Source: Flavobacteriales bacterium
Lineage (GTDB): Bacteria; Bacteroidota; Bacteroidia; Flavobacteriales_D; Sanyastnellaceae
Assembly (NCBI GenBank): GCA_031418455.1
Contig: JANOXJ010000221.1
Coordinates: forward strand, 5,193 to 69,192
Reading direction: 5' to 3'
Length of the DNA: 64,000 nucleotides
Shown here one piece after another: positions 19,158 to 27,360 of this stretch. The notes beneath the pieces are model-generated. The model saw nothing but the letters and a program-made list of their open reading frames with translations, was not told where the DNA came from and made no database searches. The first letter of the stretch is position 1; each line of letters opens with the position of its first letter. The position numbers and the translations under genes are program-made.

Positions 19158-21641
19158 ATGAGAGGCTTCCTATTCTTTTTTTTATTTTCAACTTTTGCCA
19201 TTATTGGCACAAGCCAGAATAGTGGTTTTTTGGAGCACGAAAAGGCTTGCGCAAAGATGCAGGAAATGGCAGATGTAAGTTTGTCTAAGGGTAACACAGC
19301 TCAGGCCAAAATAATTGCTTTGGAAGCTCTGGACGAAGCGCGCAGCTCCAACGATGCCAATCTTATAACCCAAAGCTATTTATTACTATTTAGAATTTCT
19401 AATGAGCAGGACGATTTTTATAAAAGTTTAGATGCGGGCTTATCGGCCTTTAGCGAATCAGAGCTGGCCGTAGAAAATTATAGACTGGCATCCATACTTT
19501 CTTTGTTAGGCTTGTTTGAAAAATGGCACATAGAACATATGGGCCTTGATTATGCCGAGGCTGGTTTAAAACTGAAAAGTCTTGATCCAAAAATGAGATT
19601 GTATTTATTGAAGGTTAAGGCTATGGCTTTAAAATCTAATGGCAATGCAGAAAGTTCTGTGCAAGCCTTTAAAGATTATAGAGAATTTTCAAAGGTGAAT
19701 AGTTTTTCGCTGGAGGAGATGGAGGCCCTTGAACAAATTGCTCTCATATATCAGAAAAATGGCGAGAATGCAAAGGCAATAGAATATTTTAAAGAGCAGA
19801 ATTTATTGGCTACATGGCGCGGCAATAAGCTAAAGCAAGCCTCCAGTGCTAACAATATAGCGCTGTGTATGCAAGAAATGGGCGATAAGCAATCGGCCTT
19901 GTATTTTTATGATGAGGCCTTAACAAATTGTCCGGAAGATGCTAATGAATACATAGACATTTGCTTCAACCGAGCATTTCTTGAAAAGGAAATGGGCAAT
20001 AACGATTTTTTGAAACGGTATGTAGACCTGGGTTATAAAACGGCTTTACAAAAAAACAACTTAAGAGGCATTACTAAAGCTCAAGTTATTCGTGGTTCTA
20101 TCTGGAAGTCTGAAGGTAACAATAGCAATGCACAAAGTGAAATAATGAGTGCCATAGAACTATGCGAGGCCAACGGAATAGTAGACATACATATAGATGC
20201 TTTGGAGTTGCTTATGCAAATGTATTCAGAAGCTAATGATAGGGAGAAAGAGGCCTATTACGATGCTCAAAAGCAAGAGCTTATTCGCTCACAAAATGAA
20301 AAGAGTAAGCTAGATGCAAAAATGAAAAGCAACTTTGCTTTAGCTGTAGAACAAACAAAAACTTCGGTTTTGGCAGTTATTTCCAAAAGCAAAGAAATGA
20401 GGCTTGAAATGGACAAGCAAAAATTAGATAGAGAGAATAAGGAGAAGACGATAGCTCTAATGCAGAGCGAAAAGGAACTAGCCAAATCGGAATATGAACG
20501 AACAAGGGTGGCTAAAGAAAAAGCATTGCGCGAGTTAATGTTGGCTCAGTCTTCATTAGAAAATCAGCAAAAGGAAAATTCTATAATGGAATTGGAAACA
20601 ACCAGAGCAGCACAACTACTGGAGTTGACAAAACTGGAAATGGACAAGCAGAGCGAAACAAGTAAACTACAACTTACCCAGCAGCAAAATAAGGTTTTAG
20701 AAAGCGAGGCATTTGCCAGCAATGAAAAAATAAAACGCGAACAAAATGCGAAACAACTAGGATTTGCTATTGGATTTCTTTGCATCCTAATATCAGTAGG
20801 TGCATTTATTGTATTAGCCAAGGTAAGAAAAAACAAAAAGGTGATTGAAAGTCAGAATAAGGAACTCAATCATAAGAATGACGATATAGAAAAGAGTATT
20901 GTTTCTGCCAGTTATTTTCAGGGCACTATTACTCCAAGTTCAAAACAACTGAAAGCAGCCGTAAAGGATGGATTTATTTTATATAAACCTCTGGATACAG
21001 TAAGTGGTGATTTGCCCTTCGTAACCAATGTAGATGGTTACACTTACATAGCTGCTATAGATTGCATTGGCCATGGTATACCGGCCGCCATGCTATCGTT
21101 TACAGCATATTATAACCTTAATAAAATTCTAGATACCGCTACGCAAATGAGCCTTGGCGATATTTTAGAAAAGCTTGATGGTCAAATAAAAACCTCGTTA
21201 AGGTCACAAGGTGAAAAGACAAACTTTAATGCTGGTATGGATGTGTCCTTAGTAAGAATAGACCATAATTCAAGATTAATAGAATACGCAGGCGCTCAGT
21301 CACCTCTGATAGTGGTAAACGATGCAAAATGCGAATACATAAAGGGCTCAAGGTTTAGTGTGGCGGATATTAATTCTGGATTAAACCCTAAGTATGAGTC
21401 GCATTCTATAGCAATAGATGAGAACGCAAAGTATTACCTAATGAGTGATGGTTACACCCATCAAATGAAGGGTGATGAAAATATGAAGCTCTTTTCGAGG
21501 AAAAGATTTTTGGAACTTTTGCAAAAGACATACCGTTTAACATTTAACGAAATTGAGAAGACATTGAACGATGCTCATCTGGAATGGAAAGGTAACAATT
21601 TACAAACTGATGATATATTGGTAATTGGCTTTGAAATATAG
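19158..21641 (+). CDS. Membrane TPR/coiled-coil sensor fused to a SpoIIE/PP2C-type Ser/Thr phosphatase (SiaA/RsbU-like)
   Basis: It has a signal peptide, TPR-like repeats (AKAIEYFKEQNLL, SALYFYDEALTNCPED) and a Lys/Glu/Gln coiled coil of about 190 aa. One TM helix follows (GFAIGFLCILISVGAFIVLA). PP2C blocks are SGDLPFV, AAIDCIGHGIPAAMLS, DVSLVRID, MSDGYTHQ and TDDILVIGFEI. The start is 2 nt after the TBDR stop. Confidence 0.85.
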   Translation: MRGFLFFFLFSTFAIIGTSQNSGFLEHEKACAKMQEMADVSLSKGNTAQAKIIALEALDEARSSNDANLITQSYLLLFRISNEQDDFYKSLDAGLSAFSESELAVENYRLASILSLLGLFEKWHIEHMGLDYAEAGLKLKSLDPKMRLYLLKVKAMALKSNGNAESSVQAFKDYREFSKVNSFSLEEMEALEQIALIYQKNGENAKAIEYFKEQNLLATWRGNKLKQASSANNIALCMQEMGDKQSALYFYDEALTNCPEDANEYIDICFNRAFLEKEMGNNDFLKRYVDLGYKTALQKNNLRGITKAQVIRGSIWKSEGNNSNAQSEIMSAIELCEANGIVDIHIDALELLMQMYSEANDREKEAYYDAQKQELIRSQNEKSKLDAKMKSNFALAVEQTKTSVLAVISKSKEMRLEMDKQKLDRENKEKTIALMQSEKELAKSEYERTRVAKEKALRELMLAQSSLENQQKENSIMELETTRAAQLLELTKLEMDKQSETSKLQLTQQQNKVLESEAFASNEKIKREQNAKQLGFAIGFLCILISVGAFIVLAKVRKNKKVIESQNKELNHKNDDIEKSIVSASYFQGTITPSSKQLKAAVKDGFILYKPLDTVSGDLPFVTNVDGYTYIAAIDCIGHGIPAAMLSFTAYYNLNKILDTATQMSLGDILEKLDGQIKTSLRSQGEKTNFNAGMDVSLVRIDHNSRLIEYAGAQSPLIVVNDAKCEYIKGSRFSVADINSGLNPKYESHSIAIDENAKYYLMSDGYTHQMKGDENMKLFSRKRFLELLQKTYRLTFNEIEKTLNDAHLEWKGNNLQTDDILVIGFEI

Positions 21642-21652
21642 TAACAACAAAC

Positions 21653-22183
21653 ATGGCAGAACAAAAACACACCCTAACCTATGAAGGCAACATTTCTGAT
21701 GATTTGAGGTCGTTCATGTGCAGTACGCTTAAACAAAGCATGGAAGATAACATGCCTGAGGCTAAGCGCGTAAATAAACTCGTAGGTTTTGCCCTGGAGC
21801 TTTTAGATAATGCACAGCGCTATGGCAATGGCACTAAAATAGAATTTGAATGGACATCAAGCGGAAACGAACTTTCTGTAACGGTTAAAAACCTGTCCAA
21901 TATGCAAAATGCAAAACGATTAAAGGACACTGTGGATCATGTGGCCAAACTAAATTCTGAAGGCCTTGTGGCTGAATACAGAACCAAGATGTTAGACAAT
22001 AAATTCAATGAGTCAGGTGGAGCAGGTCTTGGATTTTTGCAAATGGCTAAAAATGGTGCTAAGGATATTAAGATCTTAATTGAGGATGCTGTGGATGGAA
22101 TGTGCATATGCTCCAGCACGATTATTGCCTCTATAGACGGAACCGATGGTGCCTTTAATGGTTCAGCACCCGCCCAACAATAA
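21653..22183 (+). CDS. SiaB-like GHKL-fold protein kinase (anti-sigma-kinase-like), copy 1
   Basis: 176 aa with an N-box-like ALELLDNAQRYG and a G-box-like SGGAGLGFLQMAKNGA. It lies 11 nt downstream of the PP2C gene. Confidence 0.7.
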   Translation: MAEQKHTLTYEGNISDDLRSFMCSTLKQSMEDNMPEAKRVNKLVGFALELLDNAQRYGNGTKIEFEWTSSGNELSVTVKNLSNMQNAKRLKDTVDHVAKLNSEGLVAEYRTKMLDNKFNESGGAGLGFLQMAKNGAKDIKILIEDAVDGMCICSSTIIASIDGTDGAFNGSAPAQQ

Positions 22184-22207
22184 TAAAAATAAACAATATA
22201 TCATACT

Positions 22208-22579
22208 ATGAATTTAAAAATTGAACCTTCACAAAGCAGCCCCCTGGTTGACTTTAGTGTGCTGCGCGTTGGACAGCATATACAAGGTGTTTCAATACCA
22301 GTAGATGCATTTGAATTCTATAAACAAATTCATGATTTTTTAGATGCCAACGAATCTAAATTATTGCCCAATAGTGAATTTCATTTTGATCTGAAATATT
22401 TTAATACCTCCAGTAGTAAGGCGCTGTTCAATCTTTTGCAACGTATTCAAAAGCAAATTAAGGAAGGCAGAGAGCTTAAAGTGGTTTGGTATTTTTCTGA
22501 TGATGATGATTTTATGCTGGAATCTGGAGAAGAGTTTGAGCAATTGTTAGATGCTTCATTTGAATTTAGAAAAAATTAA
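22208..22579 (+). CDS. SiaC-like regulatory phosphoprotein (DUF1987 family), copy 1
   Basis: 123 aa with SPLVDFS...GVSIPVDAFEFYKQIHDFL, LKYFNTSSSKALFNLL and VVWYFSDDDDFMLESGEEF, which is the DUF1987 pattern as I remember it. Confidence 0.72.
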   Translation: MNLKIEPSQSSPLVDFSVLRVGQHIQGVSIPVDAFEFYKQIHDFLDANESKLLPNSEFHFDLKYFNTSSSKALFNLLQRIQKQIKEGRELKVVWYFSDDDDFMLESGEEFEQLLDASFEFRKN

Positions 22580-22601
22580 TACTCATATCTATTAATAACC
22601 G

Positions 22602-22630
22602 GATGCCTTGAAAAAGGCATCTTTTTTTTT
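22602..22630 (+). terminator. Rho-independent terminator after the first kinase/phosphoprotein pair
   Basis: GATGCCTT (22602-22609) pairs with AAGGCATC (22614-22621) and is followed by T9. Confidence 0.8.
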
Positions 22631-22710
22631 GTAACCTTTTTCAGGGAGCTTCCGTTAAACGATGAAGCGTGAATTTTCTATTTTGAAGTGATACGCTATA
22701 AAATTATTTT

Positions 22711-23205
22711 ATGAAGCCAAATTCTTTAGATTATGTAGGTGTTTTAAATAGTGAAATTCGAGTGCAACTGCTCGACTTTCTCAGCGCCATTGCCATAGCG
22801 CATTTGGGCAAGCGAAAAGACTTGCGCAAGCTGTGCAGCATAGCTATTGAGTTATTAGACAATGCACAGCGACATTGCACCGATGATGATATAAGTTTCA
22901 AATGGCAAATAGAAGGTGATTCGTTAATAGTAAAAGTTGAAAATCACGCTTCAGAAGAAGATGCTAAGCGATTAAAAGAACAGGTAGAGGCCTTAAGACA
23001 AATGACCCCAACTGAAATAACTGAAGAATTTCGCAAGCAATTGCTAAACCCAGAATTTAATGCCAGAGGTGGAGCTGGATTAGGAATATTACAAATTGCC
23101 AAAAAAGGAGCCACTAGTTTTGAAGTGGATGTACATAAAATGATTAACGGAGCTTACGCATGCACCAGTACAGTAGAAACACCTTTAACACAATCACAGT
23201 TATGA
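22711..23205 (+). CDS. SiaB-like GHKL-fold protein kinase, copy 2
   Basis: 164 aa, paralogous to 21653-22183, with AIELLDNAQRHC, AKRLKEQVEAL and RGGAGLGILQIAKKGA. Confidence 0.7.
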   Translation: MKPNSLDYVGVLNSEIRVQLLDFLSAIAIAHLGKRKDLRKLCSIAIELLDNAQRHCTDDDISFKWQIEGDSLIVKVENHASEEDAKRLKEQVEALRQMTPTEITEEFRKQLLNPEFNARGGAGLGILQIAKKGATSFEVDVHKMINGAYACTSTVETPLTQSQL

Positions 23206-23630
23206 ATAGCTTACCAGTAGAGGAAACCAGTATGCAAGGCTTATCTATAGAAGGAACCAGAAATTCTCCCTCAGTATTTTATAATGTGAATGAGAATAAA
23301 TTTGCTTTGATTGGTGTTTCGTGCATGACAGATGCTCGAGGCTTTTATCAACCAATAATAGATTGGGTAAAGCTTAATTCAAATGAAATTAAGTCTGGAA
23401 TAGTTTTCGAATTTTATCTTCCATATTTTAATTCTGGCAGCAATAAAGGTATATTCAGATTGCTTGAATCTATTTCCGGTGTAGTAAAGAGTGGCAAAGA
23501 GTGTAAAATAATTTGGTGTGTGGAAGAGGAGGACGAGTTTATGAGCGAGGGTGGCGAGGTTATCGAAAATATCCTTGGACTTAAGTTTGAATTCAAAGAA
23601 GTGCCTTTTGATGCCAAGCATCTATTTTAA
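23202..23630 (+). CDS. SiaC-like regulatory phosphoprotein (DUF1987 family), copy 2
   Basis: The ATG at 23202 overlaps the upstream TGA (ATGA, 23202-23205). The product has SPSVFYNVNENKFALIGVSCMTDARGFYQPIIDWV, LPYFNSGSNKGIFRLL and IIWCVEEEDEFMSEGGE. Confidence 0.7.
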   Translation: MNSLPVEETSMQGLSIEGTRNSPSVFYNVNENKFALIGVSCMTDARGFYQPIIDWVKLNSNEIKSGIVFEFYLPYFNSGSNKGIFRLLESISGVVKSGKECKIIWCVEEEDEFMSEGGEVIENILGLKFEFKEVPFDAKHLF

Positions 23631-23660
23631 TAAGAAAATATCTTAACAGTAAATAATATT

Positions 23661-23687
23661 AAAGGTCCTTTAAAGGACCTTTTTTTT
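23661..23687. terminator. Hairpin terminator between convergent genes
   Basis: AAAGGTCC...GGACCTTT followed by T7. It abuts the stop codon of the minus-strand gene at 23686. Confidence 0.7.
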
Positions 23688-24696
23688 ATTGCCCTTCCCA
23701 GTGTTCAAATGCATCTATTAAGTCCAAATAGACTCCGTCAAATCCCTTTATAAGAATTTTATGTAAATAGCTTGAGTCATTGCCAGATATGATGTTTTGC
23801 CATTCCTGATTCCAATATTCCACCTTATAATTTCCTGGCCAGTCTGGATTTAAACCATGCATCCAATTGGGCGGATTAAAACTCCAGTAAGGCAGCCAGT
23901 AATAGCGGTAATCTTCGGCTTCACCTATGCTCATATAAGCTATTACTAATCTGCTACCGCCATTTGCTTTTTGTTTTAATTGCAATATTTCTTCCGATGT
24001 AAATTCCTCTTCTTCAAAAAATGCATCCATTATGATTGCATCATAATTAGTAGCGGAAATAGCATTTATAAAATCCTGTTTTGAACTATAGTCTTGTGTA
24101 TTGATGATATACAGAAAATTTTGAGCATCTTGTAAGTTAGTTGTTGCAGCGCTGTTTTCATGGTAAATGGGAGTGGGGTAGTTGGCTATGGTATACAAAT
24201 CGCGCGTGTCTGCAGCATAGGAAATAAAATTGAGGTTTTGGTTTTGTGCATAGCTATCATCTACAAAATTTGGACTGGTGCAGTAGTCTGTTACAAGCAC
24301 TTTAATGCCATTATCGCGCATTACTTCTAAATGTGGTTGCCATAAGGCACGCTCTTCTGCGGGGGTAGCCATGTTGTCATTGTTGTCAAAACCATAAAAC
24401 AATTCTTCTCGCCCTTGTCCGTCAATTGCCTGCAAATAATCAGTGGCTAATGGCCCTGCAGGCGTGCCATCCAGCGTGGCAAGCTCTTGCCCATTTTGGG
24501 GAATGACTATAAAGTTTGGATGTATCGTTTCCGCATAGTTTGAAAGATCGATTACAAAACTGCGCATTTCTTGTCTATAATCTACATCAGCAGGCGAAGG
24601 GTTTGAAAGGGGTAAATCTTCATCATCATTACGTTTGCAGCTGCATAGGAAAGTGCAAATAATAAAGAGAAAAATATGAAAATTTGACTTTGACAT
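23686..24696 (-). CDS. Lipoprotein of the GH114 / TM1410-type putative glycoside hydrolase family (endo-alpha-1,4-polygalactosaminidase-like TIM barrel)
   Basis: Lipobox FLCSC. Motifs are VIAYMSIGEAEDYRYYW and FDGVYLDLIDAFEHWE, typical of that family as I remember it. Confidence 0.6.
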   Translation of the reverse strand: MSKSNFHIFLFIICTFLCSCKRNDDEDLPLSNPSPADVDYRQEMRSFVIDLSNYAETIHPNFIVIPQNGQELATLDGTPAGPLATDYLQAIDGQGREELFYGFDNNDNMATPAEERALWQPHLEVMRDNGIKVLVTDYCTSPNFVDDSYAQNQNLNFISYAADTRDLYTIANYPTPIYHENSAATTNLQDAQNFLYIINTQDYSSKQDFINAISATNYDAIIMDAFFEEEEFTSEEILQLKQKANGGSRLVIAYMSIGEAEDYRYYWLPYWSFNPPNWMHGLNPDWPGNYKVEYWNQEWQNIISGNDSSYLHKILIKGFDGVYLDLIDAFEHWEGQ

Positions 24697-24811
24697 ATAT
24701 GGAGCAATTTAACGCAAGTAAAGAAATAATTATTGCATCTATAGAAACAAAAATGCCACATGAGTTACTTTGTATTAACTCTTGTGGCAGTGAAATAATT
24801 GTTGGGTTGTA

Positions 24812-25783
24812 TTATAATTTAATGAATTGTTCGCGATATATAGTATTGTCATTTGAAATGGTAATGATATAACTGCCTGCACTAAGAGTGTGTATGTCTA
24901 GAGTTTGCAGGCCGCGTGTCACAGGCAGAGATAATACAAGCATGCCAACACTGTTATAGATGTTTGCAACGGCTGTATTTGTTTTTAAATCTAGTTGAAT
25001 AGTTTGTTCAGCTACTGTAGGGTAAATTCTGAAAAGACTTGAACTATTATTTTCTTCTACACCGACAAATGTGGGAGCAAAACGATACACTGTGCTATCT
25101 GCAGGTTCACCGTCCAATACAGTAGGCATAGTATTAAAATCAGTCCAGTTGCTTATTGTAGGTTCTTGTGGATTGCCACCAAGTATCCAAAAGTTTTGCC
25201 AACCACCACCATTAGGTGCTCCTGTGCCAAGACCAATCAATGGTCCTGCTAAAAATTGAAGTGTTTGCGAATCTGGCACATTGTTAGGCCCAAATCTGTA
25301 TTCTATAATGTTGCTTCCTTGATAAAGCCACAGTTGAAAATTTACTATGTTGATGGCAGTTCCATTGCCATTAACTTCATCATAAAATCCTGCATTAGCA
25401 TATTCTAATTTAAAAATTTGGTTGCCTGGAGGCCCTTCTATAGAATAGCGTAGTGGTGAATAGCTGGCAGTGTCATATCCAATGTCGACTAAGTCGGCTA
25501 AGTAGGGTGCTAAAAAATTCAACGAGTCTTCTTGTGCAGTGCTAACAATCTGTCCGCCCGGGCCACTTATGTAAATTTGAGAAATTGCCTCGTCTATAAG
25601 TTGAAAGGTGAAGCCAATTGGTACGAGAACATCAGGATCGTCCCAGGTCGCATTTTCCACTGCAGATATGGCCTCAGACAATGGAACGTATGGTTCATTC
25701 AACACGGTGAATGTATAAGGCAATTCTTGCGAATAGGCGCTAAGGGTAAATGATAACAATAGTGATAGTAGAATTTTTTTCAT
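24812..25783 (-). CDS. Hypothetical T9SS type A cargo protein
   Basis: Signal peptide MKKILLSLLLSFTLSAYSQ. The C-terminus reads FRIYPTVAEQTIQLDL...NIYNSVGMLV...GSYIITI. I recognise no domain in the body. Confidence 0.7.
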   Translation of the reverse strand: MKKILLSLLLSFTLSAYSQELPYTFTVLNEPYVPLSEAISAVENATWDDPDVLVPIGFTFQLIDEAISQIYISGPGGQIVSTAQEDSLNFLAPYLADLVDIGYDTASYSPLRYSIEGPPGNQIFKLEYANAGFYDEVNGNGTAINIVNFQLWLYQGSNIIEYRFGPNNVPDSQTLQFLAGPLIGLGTGAPNGGGWQNFWILGGNPQEPTISNWTDFNTMPTVLDGEPADSTVYRFAPTFVGVEENNSSSLFRIYPTVAEQTIQLDLKTNTAVANIYNSVGMLVLSLPVTRGLQTLDIHTLSAGSYIITISNDNTIYREQFIKL

Positions 25784-25866
25784 AAAAGTGTTTAGTTGAG
25801 TTGATGTGGTAAAGAGACGAATTTATATCCAATTTCGTTACACCGCACATCATTTTATTTAACCAA

Positions 25867-27327
25867 TCAAAGTGGAGCAAAGGCACTTTTCCAAGCCATA
25901 TATTCATCATCTATTGCTTTATAGAGCAATTCGGCCATTTTGTTTGCACCTGCTTTAGTAAAGTGTGTATAGTCTGGCCCGGCATATGGGGGCTTATTTG
26001 TAACCCAGCTTGCCATAGAGTTTTTTCCACCCATTACAGCAAACATGTCCCAAAATGCGCAGCCTTCTGCAAAGGCTGCTTCTTTCATTCCTTCGTTTAA
26101 TTGTTCTAAATGCGGCCATGTTATATACTCACCATTGAATGTGGTGCTCATGTCAGAAGGGCCTATTACCATTATAGCTGCATTGGGTGCGCATTGTTTT
26201 ACATAGCGTATTTGTGCCTGAAAAGCTTGGCCATAAGCACGCGCGCTTGCCTCGTTGCGCAAATGTGGCACCGCATTACCACCAAATTGCAGTATGATTA
26301 AATCAGTGCCTAGGTCATTATAAGTTTCTACTATCTCTGAGCTATTTATTTTTTTGAAGGTATTGCCATCGTTGCCGCGCATAGCTATGTTGTTCACCAG
26401 CACTCCCGTGGTATCACGCAATGCCACTGCATATACATCAGGACTATCTGCTCCGCTAAACAAAAAGCGTATGCGCTTAGGTGTAGTGGCAAATGTCCAA
26501 TTTAATTTTTGCATGCTAGCGCTTACACTTATTTTGTTTTGCCATACAGGCTTATCATCGGCCAGTACAGTAAGGTTAAACGGAAATAAATTATTTCCGA
26601 AATACATAGTAGCGCTATGAAAAGTTTTGGAATGCATTTGCGCCATGCCGGATGGGCGCATTTCAAACCATGCCTCTTTTGTATTGGTGCTATCTATAGC
26701 TTGTTTTTTTAGTGCAGGTGTAAATCGTGCATAACTGCACATAGGTCCATACTTGTTGTGTTTAGCCTTGGCATCATGATAGCCGTAAGCGGTGTAGCGC
26801 TGCCAGCTATCGCTTTGCGATTGGGAGCAGTGTGTAGTAGCGGCCACAGGCAAAGGACTTATGAGTCCTGGTCCATTGCCACCAAATTTTTCTTGCAATT
26901 TTTCGCGCAATACTCCCGTCATTCTGTCGCACTCTATTTGCGAATCGCCATAGTGATATATCTGCACCAATTTGCCCAGCTTTGCGCTATCAAGCGATGC
27001 AAAAAACGGATAGAAAGCGCTTGCATCGTTGTTGTAGAATTGTAATGATGCAATGGAAATGGTGCGCTTTACAGCAAGCGTGGTAGTAGTGTCGGTAATG
27101 GCAGTGTCGGTGGCTAATGAGGTGGAGTCAAACTGACTGAGGTATTTTTCTACATCTTCTATTTTTCTTACAGAGGTAGTATCGGCCAATTTGTGCCAGG
27201 TTTTAAATTTTAATTTGTAACTACCTATAGCTATGCCTGACTCTGGAAATACAAACATGAGAACCCCACAAAGCAAACCAATGCACAGCAGAACAAGTAA
27301 AGTAATATGAGGCTTAATCAAATTCAA
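25867..27327 (-). CDS. Membrane-anchored SGNH/GDSL-family hydrolase
   Basis: It has an N-terminal TM helix. SGNH blocks are block I IYHYGDSQIE, block III ILQFGGNAV and block V GPDYTHFT. Confidence 0.7.
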   Translation of the reverse strand: MNLIKPHITLLVLLCIGLLCGVLMFVFPESGIAIGSYKLKFKTWHKLADTTSVRKIEDVEKYLSQFDSTSLATDTAITDTTTTLAVKRTISIASLQFYNNDASAFYPFFASLDSAKLGKLVQIYHYGDSQIECDRMTGVLREKLQEKFGGNGPGLISPLPVAATTHCSQSQSDSWQRYTAYGYHDAKAKHNKYGPMCSYARFTPALKKQAIDSTNTKEAWFEMRPSGMAQMHSKTFHSATMYFGNNLFPFNLTVLADDKPVWQNKISVSASMQKLNWTFATTPKRIRFLFSGADSPDVYAVALRDTTGVLVNNIAMRGNDGNTFKKINSSEIVETYNDLGTDLIILQFGGNAVPHLRNEASARAYGQAFQAQIRYVKQCAPNAAIMVIGPSDMSTTFNGEYITWPHLEQLNEGMKEAAFAEGCAFWDMFAVMGGKNSMASWVTNKPPYAGPDYTHFTKAGANKMAELLYKAIDDEYMAWKSAFAPL

Positions 27328-27360
27328 AACTTAACAGCGCACTTGAAGGGTTTGTTTTTT

